DNA of 64,000 nt from Eledone cirrhosa (Eukaryota): contig OZ024743.1 in the NCBI GenBank assembly GCA_964016885.1, positions 110,980,001 through 111,044,000 on the forward strand, read 5' to 3'. Positions 1-15,837 of the stretch are shown here, in pieces. The notes under the pieces are model-generated. The model was not told where the DNA came from. It saw nothing but the letters and a program-made list of their open reading frames with translations, and searched no databases. Made by a program: the position numbers and the translations under genes. Positions within the stretch are counted from its first letter, which is position 1; each line of letters opens with the position of its first letter.

Positions 1-4
1 GAGA

Positions 5-871
5 ATGATAAAGAAAGACGGGTACAGGGTCCGCCTCATCCCCCCCCCCCCCACACCTAATAAAATGGAGCATGGGCGCCTATGCAACGTATGTTACCGG
101 ACGATTAACATAAAATCGCGCCGAGTGGAACGGGCATCCGAGTCCCAAATCCCGAAAGCTTTGGGACATATGTGGGTCAAAACAACCCACATCAGACGTG
201 GGCAGAAATATGGAACCGTGGACGTGTTCTTTGGAACACCACAGGAGGCCAGAGAACACTCCATGGCCCCAGTAAGAAGTGACGACTTCACACTCATCCC
301 AAGCTATTGTGGCCAGAGACTCGTGAAAATCAGGGTGACACACGTTCCACCGGCCATCGAAATTCACTGGCTAATGGCTGTCGTCCTCGCCGGCATCGAG
401 GCCAACACTAAGATAATCTTAATAGCGAAAGAAAAGTAGGATAACTGGTCCGGATCTGCGATGGAGCTCCTGATCCAAGCGGACAGAAAAAGCATTGAGG
501 AGATCCCAGAGATAATAGACCTCACTGACGGCAGCCACCTCACCGTGATCGTCGAGGGCAGAAGGCCTAGGTGTGTCGTTTGTGGTGAAGGAAACCACCT
601 AAGGGCTTTCTGCCCCCCGGCTAAAATGTTGAGGCCACCTCCCTTAACCACCCCAGTGACTCAATCATCAACACTACCAGCAGCAGAGATGGCAGCAACA
701 AGTAATTGTAACAGCAACAACCGCAGCTACAGTTGCAAAACCAACACCACCACCACCCAACGCGCCAGTTCTAGCACCACCTCCTACACCATCCACCACG
801 CCACAACCAAAACCAACGCCCGTGGAGGATTTTCCGCTCTCCGACCTATCGCAACTGAAGACAGATTGTGA
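5..871 (+). pseudogene. Tx1-like ORF1 (gag-like, zinc knuckle), interrupted by TAG at 437-439
   Basis: Cx2Cx4Hx4C motif; homologous to the second copy at 4198-4930. Confidence 0.8.
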
Positions 872-1123
872 CTACGACACCAGCATCACAGAAAAAGACT
901 ACACAACAACCCAAAAGTTCCCACCACCTCCACACATACAAATCACTCGCATCACACAGAAAACGTACACGACACTAAAACAAAAATTACCCAAAGACAT
1001 CGGTGATTTCCGACAAGCACTCTCCGGAGGAGGCCACAAGCGGTAAAAAGGATGGAAAAACCATCCTTCCTCTACGAGAAGTAAGGTAAGTGGTCTTTCC
1101 CATCTTTTCCACTCCATTTCAAC

Positions 1124-3707
1124 ATGACCGCACTCAGAATAGGCAGCATAAATGCGCGTGGCTTGGGGTCGTCATGGAAGCAGGGCCACCTGCTCAACCA
1201 CCTCAGGTCACTAAACATAGATGTAGTGGCCTCCAGCGAGACCAGAATCTCCGAAGCACGGGCCTTCGCACCGATCTTCGGCGTCCTGGATCGGGGGGAG
1301 GAGTTGCTGTGCTTTTTCGGAGAGTTTGGATCTCGCTATACCGGCCATCTTCCTGGACCCAGAAGGTAAGTTGGTGGTGCTGGACGTGACCAGGCTAGCG
1401 GCCATCTATGCCCCGAGAGGAGCAGGTCGGCATGAAATTTTCCGGCTTCTAGAGACCTTTCTTGGAACGTCCAGCTCTTTAGTGTTAGTGGGCGACTGGA
1501 ACGGGATCTTAGATGCACGCTGGACTGTGTGGGATTAGCGGATAGGGGAGGAGGGTGCAAGAGCAACACCAACCTGCTCAGGCGTTTTGAACTGTCTGAC
1601 AGGTACCGATTGGATTTCCCGAATGACCCAATGTGGACTTGGACAAACTGCATAGGGTCACCCAGATCATATCTAGATAGAGAATGTTGTAGCGAAATAG
1701 ATAGGTCTAGCATAGGCTGTCCACAATTCAAGATAGTCAGCTACACTGACTACAAATTCGTGATTTGTGTGCTTGACTTAGATAGGCTTCATAGACGAGG
1801 ACCCTGCTACTGGAAGCTAAAGGCGTCCTTACAGTGGGAAGGCCTACAGAGACCGGATTAGCGAACTAGTTAAGCTGGCGTTGACGAGGGCCATCGTCAA
1901 CAAAAAGTGGTGGTTTTCTCTGAAAAGAGCGATTAGAATAGAGTCCATTAGGTTTAGTAAGGCTTTAACAATTGAGAAAAATAGAGCAGAAGGAGAACTA
2001 GTTAGAAAATTAGACGGGTCGCTTAGCAAAGGCATCGTGACCGACGTACTTGCGGAGAAATTGGTCCTTGACCAATTCTTCAAGCAAAGCACGAAGGCTG
2101 CGTTGTCAGAGCTAGGGTGCGTGCTCTCAGACACGAGGGGATGAAAGCGGTTCAATGGGCCCGAGTGGCGCAGGCGCGCCGTCGCAACAGAGCCACGATC
2201 CGGTCTTTGGTGGATCACGACGGACGCATGCTACTCGATCCCGGGCAAATGCGTGAAGCTTTTCAGCGACACTTCGCTCAGCTGTTCGTGGGCAGCGGCG
2301 GGCCGGATCGAGGGATGGACTTTAGTGTCGACCACGACGGTCTGCCGCTGCTCTCAGCCAATGAGGCGGAGTGTGGCGAAAATCCGATGACAGCCGCTGA
2401 AGTACAAAGACCATGACTGGCTACAGAAGGGGTAAATCGTCTGGTTTGGATGGTCTGCCCTACGAATTTTACGTACATATGTTAGACTTGTTCGGAGGCT
2501 TCCTGGCGGACGTCTACTGCAACTGGCAACAGAACGGGAGAATTCCCAGCTCTGTGAGCCGAGGAGCGGTGGCGCTGCTGAGAAAGTATCCGAACAAGGG
2601 GGATAACATAGATAATTTCTGGCCCATAACTCTGCTAAACACAGAGTTCAAGATTTTGGCCAAAGTGCTAGCAAAGAGGTTGGCGTTTGTCGTTGGTGGT
2701 CTGGTGGGAGAAGCGCAGACATGTGCCATTCCCGACAGATCCATCCACGACAACCTCCACCTCATGCGATACATCGTAGAGAGGATAGATAGGGAAGCTG
2801 GCACGGGTGGGTCCTTGATCAATTTAGATCAATCAAAAGCTTTCGATAGGGTCGACCATCGTTACATAGCGGAAAGTCCTGAGGGCGGCTGGCTTTGGGC
2901 CCGTCTTCAGAGGCTGGATCGCTGTCATGCACTGCGATATCTCCTCTGTGGTGAGAGTGAACGGTCAGCTTTCGGAACCGTTCAACATCATGCGCTCGGT
3001 CCGCCAATGATGTCCCCTCTCGTCCCTCTTGTAGGTATTGACACTAGAGCCATTGCTGCACAAACTGGAGACGTTGTAGGGGGTCCTGCGCGAACTAGGG
3101 CGCGGAAGATCCGTGTCAGCATATGCGGACGATGTCACTGTAGTGGTGTCGAACGCCAAACACATCGAGGCGATCGGCACTACACTAAAATAATACGAAG
3201 CGGTGACAGGAGCAATGATCAACCAGGAAAAGTCAGTGGGCCTGGAGCTCGGCACCTGGAGAGGGAAGTCCATTCCGTCCAACAGCGTAGTCGGGCGCTG
3301 ATTGGACGGAACGGTTAAATTGCTAGGGGTCAGGTTCGGTCCGGACCTCCAGAAGGACAAAAAGTGGGAGGTTGGCTTCTCTCACCCAGACATGGGCGGA
3401 GAAGAAGCTATCCCTGCTTGGTCGAGCGGAGGTGGCTAACGCGTACATCGCGTCCGTCATCTACTACCGCCTGACCGTCGTACCTTGTCCTAAGCCCCGC
3501 CTGACTGCGCTGGAACTTTTCACCTTTCGCTTTTTGTGGAAGGGACGCGCTCCGCTGGTCAGGCGGTCCATCTGCTGTCAACACCCGCTACGTGGAGGGC
3601 TGGAAATGCCGTGGCTGATGATGCGCAGACACGCGCTCAGGCTACGGCATCTCCACCTCTTCCTGACGTTTGAAAGGGCTGAAGACGAGCAGTTACCTCT
3701 TCGGTGA
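1124..3707 (+). pseudogene. Tx1-like ORF2 (AP endonuclease + reverse transcriptase), frameshifted
   Basis: Motifs spread over ORFs 1124-1369, 1326-1538, 1529-1861, 2413-3318 and 3372-3707. Confidence 0.88.
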
Positions 3708-4099
3708 TGCCCTGATTAACTTTTTTCAAGTTTTTTTTTCAACAGTTTACCTCGTTTTCAACAGTTCGAAACCTTTTTATTCAAGTTTTAAACTTGAGAA
3801 AAGTTTAGAAGAAGTGACCCCCCTAATACAGCGGTTCACTCGTAAATAATACGGCACACCTTTACGGGGTGTCGTATTATGTAAAAATATTATTTGAAAA
3901 AAAAAAATTGTTTCAACATGGATAACACAAGAAAGAGAGAGAGCGCTGTCAGACAACACAGAGAGAGGGCGACTTTGTAAATATACCAACAAGACAGCGT
4001 TTTAGAGAAGGTAAATATAAAAGCAAATATTACGAAGGAAAAGAGGAACAATATCATTTTTAATGCTATTGTTACAGATTTAAAATTACCAAATATTTC

Positions 4100-4929
4100 T
4101 AACACAAACAACAGCAACAATAACACCGACAACAACACCATCAATAGCAACAGCAACAACAAAAATAACAGCGTTAAGGTCGAGAACGACAATAACAATG
4201 ATAATAACAACAGCCACAACAACAATAATAGTAGAAACAGTATCAACAAAAACAACAATATACAGTAACAACAGCAACAGTATCAACGAAAATAACAACA
4301 GCAACAACAGTACCAACAAAAACATCAACAATGACTTCGATACCTGTAACAGAGATCTCAGCACCACCAGCAAGACCAGCAGCGACAGCAATAGTGGTGC
4401 TGCTGAAAAAGGGGCCACTTCTTTTGCAGGTGACGCCCGAAATATCAAAACAGTGTTAGACTCAGAGGAAGACAAGGCAGTCGCAAGGGCCATGGTGAAA
4501 AGAAACGCCAATAGAATTTCCCTGAAACCTCCACCCGAATGTTTCAATAACCAGCAGCTACGGACGGTGACTTACCGCACCGTAAGCAAAATGTCACATC
4601 GAGTGGAGAGAGCCACGGAGGCTCAAATCCAAAAGACCTTGGGTTGCGTCTGGGGGCGCAAAACCCACATCACCCGAGGCAGAAAGTACGCCACAGTAGA
4701 CGTACTTTTCGCCACTCCCGAAGAAGCTAAGTATCACACTTTGGAAACCCTAAAGTGTGAGGAGATAGTCTTGGTGCCCTCCTAATGCGGGCAGAAAATT
4801 GTGAGGGTCAACGTGACCCAGGTCCCACCCGGCGTGCGAACTGACCAGGAGTGTATCGACGCTATCACCGATATCATAGACCTCGAGAAAGGACTCCAAC
4901 GCCCTATAAGCGTGGAAGGAAGACTCCGA

Positions 4930-4930
<1 letters not shown>
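4100..4930 (+). mobile_element. Second Tx1-like ORF1 fragment with Asn/Thr-rich (AAC)n-derived N-terminus
   Basis: RVERATEAQIQKTLGCVWGRKTHITRGRKYATVDVLFATPEEA aligns with RVERASESQIPKALGHMWVKTTHIRRGQKYGTVDVFFGTPQEA of the first copy; ends at a (TC)n tract. Confidence 0.8.
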
Positions 4931-4970
<40 letters not shown>

Positions 4971-5054
4971 ATCACTGTCTCTCTCTCTCTCTCTCTTTCT
5001 CTCTGTCTCTCTCTCTCTTTCTCTCTCTCTCTCGCTATCTCTATCTCTCTCTTT

Positions 5055-5095
<41 letters not shown>

Positions 5096-5881
5096 TGTAT
5101 GCATAATATTAGAAGATGTACATAGGGAGGCGGTGCAAGAAATAAAACGACATATATAGGAGACATGGATCGTAGCATAAGAGGGAGGTTAATGGATTAC
5201 TGGTGAGGTCTTATGTGGAAAACATTTCTTCAATGATACACAATACGCTAAACTGGAACACGATGTCTCAACAGTAGACAAGGAAATAAAGATCCCCAAA
5301 TATAATTGACGCAACACAGACAGAAATTACGGAAGCCATGCATATAATAAAATAAAGACTTAACCTGTACAATGTCGAATAAAAACAGCTTGCAACTTAA
5401 CGACTGAGGATATAACAGGGAGGAAAAGATATAATAGGCGAAAAATGCAAAAGCACACACGCACATGAAACACATGGACATTGCAAATCTAAGGATACGC
5501 AGATACATGCGAATGAGACAAGAATCACAAAAAATACACCTAAAAACATAAGACAAGATGGAGTAAAAAAGAAGGGACAACAGAGAACAGCTAGTCATTT
5601 TGGATGCCACAGATTGTTTGACGATAAAACGTCAATGAACGAATGTATAACGAGCAATAAACATATGGCGTGTATGTTTGTTCGTTTTTTATTGGTAATA
5701 TTGGCAATATGGCCATCCCTAAATATAACAATATCGGTTTCAACACACATACAAGAATCAAGAATCTTGCAGAACATATCAATATGTGCAAACACACATA
5801 CACACACACACGCACTCACACCCACACGCACAACCACAAACTCACACACAATCACACAAACGCACACACTCATCCCCCCCC

Positions 5882-5917
<36 letters not shown>

Positions 5918-6485
5918 GAATGCTTAGTAAAATCGAAGCTTTGGCGGTGTGCAAGCAAATTCGACCTACTATATGAATGAGTTAGCAAAGTACTCGACAA
6001 GGTAGGTCCTTAGAGTAATAACATACATTTAAATAGCTTGACAAATTGAATATTGTGGTAGGCAAAATCTAACTCACAATACCAAAGTAACGAAAGAACT
6101 AACAGGTTGAGAAAAAATACACCTGGACAAATCAAACGTTATACGTTTAAAGTGTTTCTATGAATCCTAAATCAAATATCAGGCTTATGTAACTGGCAAG
6201 CTCGTGTTATTCATGATCGAACAGAGGATTCAATTCATCAACAGATTTTCGTTCTACCAAAGAACGGGCCGAGATGCTAAATGTTGCCGCCAGCAGCAGC
6301 GAACCGTAATTTAGTAGTCACGTGTTATTTCCAGCAAGGGAAATAACCCCCGGTTTTGTGCGGGTCATTCAAGATGTTAGAGAAACGAAATACTATAGTT
6401 TCCGCTAACTTTCAGAATAAGCTATCGACCAGATGTTATTAATCAAACACAAATAATTAACCAATCAGCAGAATTGTCTAATTAA

Positions 6486-6581
<96 letters not shown>

Positions 6582-6794
6582 GGAGAGAGAGAGAGAGAGA
6601 GAGACAGACTGCTGCACTGGGAGACCAATAATCACGAGAGGACACGATGCCTGAGAAGATGCAGAATAAGTATAGGGGTATGTAATATCCCGAACGGCGC
6701 CACAAGCGTTTTCGACTTTGGAATTCAGCAAGCCTGAAATGTTTTGATGAGCACACAAGCCGAAACTTCTGTGAACCGCGGTCGGGATTTTAGG

Positions 6795-6867
<73 letters not shown>

Positions 6868-7304
6868 ATCACTCTCTCTCTCTCGCTCTCTCCCTCTTTC
6901 TCTCTCTGTATATATATATATGTGTGTGTGTGTGAGACCATGTGTGATTGCCTGATTACATATATACATGTAAATATACATATTTGTTCATATAATATAC
7001 GAATAGACATACCCACAAACGCTTGGTATGCGTGTGTATCTGTACGCATGCGTGCGGGGGTGTAAGCACTTGTGAAAATGTGTTCATAAGTGATTGAAAA
7101 GTGACACTTTTGTTATTTGATATTTCTGTTGCTTAATCTATTTAATACATGTTATTTGACATTAACCACATTATACATTCGAATGGTGATCTCACTGCTA
7201 AAACTTATAAGTGCAGCAATGATAAAATTCAATTTGTATTTTTTTCTCAGCATAATAATTCTCACTTTCTCATAATTATATTTTCCAACGAATGATACTT
7301 TACA

Positions 7305-7377
<73 letters not shown>

Positions 7378-7556
7378 GGTGTGTGTGTATGTGTGTGTGC
7401 TTTTGTGTGTATATGTATGTGTGGGCGTGTGTGTGTGTGTATGTGTGTGTGTGTATGTGTGTGTGTGTGTATGTATGTATATATACATATATATGCAGGA
7501 ATTCGTTTTCAAATATATTAACTGGAAATGTCTGTATGTATATTGTGGAATGTTTC

Positions 7557-7614
<58 letters not shown>

Positions 7615-8668
7615 CTTGGGTGGCTACTTAAATTATATTTCTCTACTCCATTTATTGCCTTTCTACTTCTATCTTTCTTTGGCTATATATCTATCTATCT
7701 CTCTCTCTATCTATCTATCTATCTGCCTATCTGCTTGTTTAACCCCACCTCTCTCTATCTCTCTCTCTATCTATCTATCTATCTGCCTATCTGCTTGTTT
7801 AACCCCACCTCTCTCTTTCTCTCCCTCCCTCTTTCAGTGATTGTTTTATACAGTAACTCGTTTATTCGTTTATTGAGTTCGAGAAAGGATTTCATGTCCA
7901 CATTAATATATAAATAATCATAATTCATTAAATCTAAATTTGAAATCGATATCTTGACAATTCGTTTATGTCCCGTCATCGTTTATGAGATAAATGCTTA
8001 AATAAATGTCTCATGTTTTGTCAATAATATTCCTGCCTAATATTTCTGAAGAGACCAACTAGTCATTGTGAGTGGAGAAAGTGTGTTTACCTATGTGAAT
8101 GTTCTTTAAGTATTTTGTATATGGTATACCCAAACTCGCAAAGATTCCAAAACGAACTAATTCATCATTTTTGTTTAAGTGTCATATGGGTGGTAGGCTC
8201 TGGATTTGTTCAGGGCCTATAGTACATGTTGAGGAAGGGCGCTATTTATCCTCATCTCGTTAAGGCATCGAAAAGCCACATGCTGCTCGTGAACCATACG
8301 ATAGATTAATTATAGCACCCAATCATCTATATCGATCTTTGAATTTTATGAAGCCTGTTGAATTGTGGAACATCTGATCTTCAATGAAGTGATTTAAAAA
8401 ATGTAGAAGAAAATGAAAACAAAATCAATATGCAATTACTGCAAGAGGAAACTGTAACCAAGCGGTTAAATGTCATTTCCGGCAACGTTATAACTTGTCT
8501 AAATTTTATGGCAAATACCAATGGTATCATAAATGTCAGTTCGTTGTACATTTGAAACGATTGACGCTAAAACTAGCAGTGATCTAAGCTCATATCTATT
8601 TATTTATATTTATATTATATATTTATATTTATTATATTTATAAAAATACATGTTTTTGTGTCATTATT

Positions 8669-8860
8669 GGAAGGGTGGATTGGCAGTATCGGTAGAGGGT
8701 CGGACGCCATGCTTTCCAGCATAGTTACGTCCCTTTACGATCTGAGTTCAAATCCCGCCGAGGTTGACTTTGCCTTTCATCCTTACGGGGTCGATAAAAT
8801 AAAGTACCAGTAATGAACTGGGTATTTGCTGGCCTTGTGCCTAAAGTAGAAACAATTATT
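8669..8860 (+). mobile_element. tRNA-derived SINE (family 1)
   Basis: A-box-like TGGCAGTATCGG, B-box GAGTTCAAATCCC, ending AAACAATTATT; five more copies in the window. Confidence 0.85.
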
Positions 8861-8944
8861 GGAAGATTTGGTTATGGAGCCTTATTTGTTTCATTTCTAT
8901 TTTCTTTCACCGCCCAAATACAAACATACATACATACATACATA

Positions 8945-8986
<42 letters not shown>

Positions 8987-9633
8987 CATTCGTATGTGTT
9001 TCAGTGTGTGTGTCTCGGTATATGTATATATATATATATATGCATGCATGTATGTATGCGAGTGTGATCACAACCGAGTCCTTATCTGCATATTCAGCAG
9101 GCAGGTTTATCGATAATTTTATATGGTCCCATTTTCTATATACGTAATCTTTAGTCGATGATACAGACATGAAATTTTGAGCTCACCTTATTACGAATGT
9201 AGATTTTAGAATATAAGGCTACATGCAACACTATAATTGTAAATATTATGGTCTCATATAATTAAAGCTGGCATTTGAAGGATCTCCGTCAGTTTTCTTG
9301 ATAGTTATTCAATGATTCGTTTGAGGGAACAGCTTCTAAGACAAAAAAGATGCAAGTGGATCAACATTACACATACGCATATAAACTTTTAAATATTTTC
9401 AAAAAGATGATTAAGCGTGACGCAGTAAATGATAGGAGTCTTTTGAATTACAGATAGCATACATATGACGTGATTTCCATCTTTTACGTCAAAACATTCT
9501 CTTTCAAAAGCCATAGATCGAAGTTGTGGTAAATGCCAGGGGGTTGGATCCAACTAGTAACTAGTACTATTGCAAAGTGAACCTCTTCACCATTCGAATA
9601 TCCTGCGACTACATACATTAATGCATACCTATA

Positions 9634-9753
9634 TCTATATATATTGGTTGGTCCGAAGCTACTTAATTTATAATGTTCCAAGATGTCACACTGGAACTAA
9701 TGACGTCAAGGAAAACAAATTAATCATTTAACCGTCAACCCAGTGCATGCTAG
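9634..9753 (+). mobile_element. Possible miniature non-autonomous Helitron
   Basis: Starts TCTATATATA after an A and ends CTAG before a T; the subterminal hairpin is degenerate. Confidence 0.3.
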
Positions 9754-10311
9754 TTAATGCCGCGTCTGATTGGAGCACAGTACGTAAAAAAGCTTAAAGG
9801 AAGGCGGCATGCTCAACATGCCAACGCTAATCTAATAAGTGCACAATCTCTTAAAAAAATCAATCATCTCATATCTAACATTTAGTTTTTCTCATTCATA
9901 TTTTAGACTCAGTGTTTTTGAACTGGATGCTGCCACAATTCAACTGCAACAACGATATACAGTATGATTGATGATATAAAATACCCCAGAAGAACCTCAA
10001 GACAAAGAGACTCAGATCCACAGAGACACTGAGCGAATTGGCTGGTTTTAACCGGCACAAAAAAATGTGAGGGCAATAAAATAAAGACACTGGCCATTTT
10101 CATTATGAATTTTATGACATCCGTAACTATGTATGTAATTTGTTTTAATTTTTAATTTCGTCTAATAGTCCATGGAAAATATTTAAATATTTTGTCGGCC
10201 GCTGCGATCCTGGTTGAACTAGAAGTACAGTCAGCTGTGACTGATTTGGCGTACACCCATTGCAACGATCTATGTGTATGGAATCTTTATTACTTTTAGA
10301 AATGCTATTGC

Positions 10312-10427
<116 letters not shown>

Positions 10428-11749
10428 TGGCAATACAATAAGATTGCTTAAATTCATTAAAATTTGGTATCAAATAAAGAAGATCAGTAATATTTTTGAC
10501 CAATGTTACAAACGAACATATGTTATTAGATTATTCATTTTAATAAGTAAATGGATTGATTAAAGATAAAATGTTTATATCAAAGTTTACGCTGTTGTAT
10601 AACTGTCTCTCAAAATGGTTACTAAACTTCAACTCTTTCACTGATATTACGCACTGGTATCTGCTCGGTTTGCTCTATAACCATTAAGGCCTTCCAATGC
10701 ACATCCTCTCCCTGTTGGTCGCATTCACCAATGTTACATGCATATTAAGTCTGTATGTGTGTGCGTGCAATATGATACTGTATGTGCCTATGATATAAAT
10801 ATATATATACATGTATGGGTGTGGGCGTGAGCGTATTGATATAAAAGGAGAAATAAAATGTGTATTAAGTGATATTTATTTCAGTGAGATTCATTTAAGG
10901 TGCGTTAAGGTGTACAGGCAGAAATAGACACAATTGATTATAAAGAAAAGGAAGAATGTGTTGATGATGATGATGATGATAAAAACAGAGATTAGTTTAG
11001 AATGTGGAATGTCATTTTATAGAAGTTTATATTGAGAAGCGAAAGTGCCACTATTTTGGATATGAATGATATTAATGGTCTGTCAACAACACAAATAATT
11101 CTTATATAGAGCTTCCCATAATTATCACAAACATTCTTTACATACCTAGATGCCTTCATCCTACAAGACATTCCTTTGCGTAAATTGAATATCACGGAAG
11201 CGTTTGTTCTTTGCAACTTGTTTTCTTTATCGTCGCTGATCGCTTTTAGTCATTATTTTATTTTAGTTAAATTTTGCTTTCATTTTTTTAATGCATTTTC
11301 CATTCTCTAATTCTATGTCGTTAGCTTAACGCCATTATCATCTATTTATTGCCTTTAAACTAGGGAAATACATTCTTCTTTGTCGATTTTGAATTCTCAT
11401 CTCGTATTTTGAGCTATTTTTTTCTATTTTCAGGTTGTATTCATTTTCGTCCTCACCTCCTACTCTACTGTCTTCTCATGCTCTTTCGCATCATTTTTCT
11501 ATTATTACACCTTATGTCACTCCTCCTTTTCCTTCACTTCCACATCTTCCTCCTTTGTCTCCTAAATTTCTCTTCCTCATTCTCCTCACCATCATAATCA
11601 ATAAGATAATCATTATTATGACATTCATCAATATCAAATTTGTCAAGGTTGTCGTCGTAATCGTCATCGTTGTCATCAGCAGCAACATTACATCCATAGA
11701 CATGATCGGCAACATCATAATACTAATCACTAAAGGACGATGACGACAA

Positions 11750-11931
11750 AGAAGAAGAAGAAGAATAAGAAGAAGAAGAAGAAGAAGAAGAAGCGAACGA
11801 AGAAGAAAAAGAAAAATAAGGACGAGTATGAGGAGGAGCGGGAGAATAAGGAGGAGGAGGAGGAGGAGGAGGAGGAGGAGGAGGAGGAGGAGAAGAAGAA
11901 GAAGAAGAAGAAGAAGAAGAAGAAGAAGAAG
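11750..11931. repeat. Compound (AAG)n/(GAG)n trinucleotide repeat
   Basis: Directly visible. Confidence 0.95.
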
Positions 11932-11949
11932 CTTCCATCGTCTTCTCCC

Positions 11950-12650
11950 ACACAATCCGAACATGCATCTGATGCCGATCCATTCCCGCTCTAGACGGAA
12001 AGGCCTAGAGGTTTCTTGAAAGGCTTATAGAAACCTGAGAAATTCGGCTACCCCGTACTGATTGGTACTCAGACGGCCATCTATCTAAAGACAACACCTT
12101 CGCTTTTGCTTAGGTCCAAGACCACCAACTTATCGTACGTGACCAGGAAGATCCTCCGTACCAGAGATCGAGGTCTTTACTAAAACGCACTGCCAAATCG
12201 CTTCTTATTCCAGGCCAACTAAGAGATGCACAAAACTCATAGTCGTCAAGAATGGACGCATGTGCGCGTCAGACGGAAGTCCTAATTTTGCTGAGTATTG
12301 GCACATTCGGGATATCCAGTAAACAGCTGTCAGACAATTGGACATATCTGAACAGTTGTGCTATGCTTTAACACCGTAGTATCCTATCTGCTAAACCTAC
12401 ACTATCCCAAATTGCGTCTAAGATACCGTCCTATTCGCTAACTTACATAAGTGAGTGGGCGTTTGGTGATGCATACACATCGTAGACGCCGAAAATGATC
12501 TCGATGATTCGTGGTTCGGAACTTTCTGTCTTGCTGATGGCCACCGCATCGATATTTAGTGAGCTGAGGTCATTGAACAGATAGCCTTGCTTCCAACACG
12601 ACTCCAGGCCACGTGCATATATTCTGACTATTCTTAGTAGACATGTTGGA
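11950..12650 (-). mobile_element. Decayed Tx1-like APE fragment
   Basis: Reverse complement of 12540-12630 matches the ORF2 start at 1140-1260 (ARGL.S.WKQG.L.N.L.SLNID.VA.S.T). Confidence 0.7.
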
Positions 12651-13706
12651 TAAAGGGTAGGAAAAGAAATAAGAAATAATTACTTGCCTTGTTCGTGTGT
12701 AGGGAGGGATAATAAGGCTTTCCACCGACTTTACGAGCGCACCTTCACAAGGATATCGGTGAATCTCCATTTCGGTAGTGTGACCACGAATTTCCCAATT
12801 GCATTGGAGAATTTTTCTTTTAACTTTTTCTTGGGAATGACGTAATCAGTTTCTGCCAGAGTACTGCTGTGTTTTATGACATGCATCAGTTTCTCGTTGT
12901 TTATATTTATGGCTATGTAACGTGTGGAGTGTTGGTTATTTTGCCGGGCTTGTGTTGGGTGTTGCAGATAAAGGTTTGGTTTTGTTTGGAATATTGTTGC
13001 TGTCGTATGTTGCGGTGTCGATGATGTTTCTGGCGGTGGGCTTGGTGGTGATGTTTTTTTTGTTGGTGGTGATAATGATCATGGTGTATGTTGGCGTTAT
13101 GTGGCTCATTAAATTAAGTTGTTGTTTTTTTATTTACTTTTAACTTATATTTTCTATATTTTAAAGCAGCTAGGAGGTGTGCATTTGATCGAACTATCTT
13201 CAACTACCTTCTAAATTGAAACAAATATCTTTCGTGTGAAATTGACGTATTCCACATGCCAAGGGAGCATATGTTATAATTGTTACTATGCCTAGGAACA
13301 ATTATCAGAATAAACTGCTGTATTCTAATGCGACTGATGCACAATTATATGGTTACAAACAGTGTAGCTTTGCATTTAAATGAACCACTCAATCCGGGCA
13401 ACAAGGTAATTTGTAATCATCAAGATCTATTTGGCTTCTGTATGTTTACTGTGTCACTATAATTATATGAACCTCGTACATTTTATCGTACATGCTATGT
13501 TATTTATCCAAATAAACACAACTTTAATTTGCTGGAATAATTGAGTTGGAAGCAGATGTAAGATGGTTGCGTACATTAAGGAACGGAATGACTTAACATT
13601 AGTTGAGTACACGAAATCGACTAGAGGTTGTTTGCTGAAGTGGAATGAATGAAAAATGTATTATCGAACATCTTCAAAATCTAATCTAAAAATGAAAGTG
13701 TATCTA

Positions 13707-13899
<193 letters not shown>

Positions 13900-14038
13900 T
13901 TATTAAAATAACAGATTTAAAGGTTAAGCAAATAATCGATGCTTTCACCCTCAACGGGATCTTCTGAAACTAAATAAATATATATATATATATATGTTTA
14001 TTTCTCTCTATATTTTTTTCTGTCAGCCCATTTATTTC

Positions 14039-14113
<75 letters not shown>

Positions 14114-14155
14114 TCTTTCTTTCTTTCTCTCTGTATATATATATATATGTATAGA

Positions 14156-15386
<1,231 letters not shown>

Positions 15387-15519
15387 GTGAGAGAAATTAT
15401 ATACACAATTACATACATACATGTACGTACTTATATATATATTATATACATATATGTATATAACGGCGATGAATTAGTTTTGCTAGGTCTTTGATATGAA
15501 ATCGTGTGCCGAAACAAAT

Positions 15520-15631
15520 ATTATTATACTTGGGGAGGGTCATATGTGTGTAATAATATTGCCAGGATTAATAATTTGATTAATCCTGGCAATATTATTA
15601 CACAAATATGACCCACCCCAAGTATAACAAT
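15520..15631. repeat. Short fold-back element (arms ~50 bp); related single arms at 16618-16665, 49698-49738, 54609-54640
   Basis: ttatacttggggagggtcatat...aatattgccaggattaat followed by its reverse complement. Confidence 0.75.
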
Positions 15632-15647
15632 ATATATATATATATTT

Positions 15648-15735
<88 letters not shown>

Positions 15736-15779
15736 CACACACACATGTATACATACATATGTACTTACATATATACATG

Positions 15780-15837
<58 letters not shown>

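Larger units (their letters stand above)
5..3707 (+). mobile_element. Decayed Tx1/L1-clade non-LTR retrotransposon (ORF1 + APE-RT ORF2), truncated
   Basis: ORF1 pieces 5-439 and 461-871 share a frame with one stop between them and include a CCHC knuckle (CVVCGEGNHLRAFC). ORF2 starts at 1124 with APE motifs (SINARGL, SET, VGDWN), followed by RT motifs (PITLLNTEFKILAKVLA, DQSKAFDRVDH, YADD at ~3122). Many frameshifts and stops. Confidence 0.9.

Noticed and set aside
7292-7840. Long ORFs of YI/IY, SL, ER and TH dipeptides here and throughout (e.g. 29441-31188)
   Set aside because: Artefacts of stop-free (TA)n, (GA)n and (CA)n microsatellites
8046-8090. CTGAAGA...GAAA hammerhead-like string
   Set aside because: Stem II does not abut GAAA and no stem I pairing is present
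8669-8770. tRNA gene
   Set aside because: Only A/B boxes without a full cloverleaf; it is the head of a multi-copy SINE
9908-10060. Possible exon after an attttag acceptor
   Set aside because: Short frames, no recognisable motif or donor site
11512-12019. Poly-Leu/Lys/Glu/Arg ORFs
   Set aside because: Translations of the trinucleotide repeat
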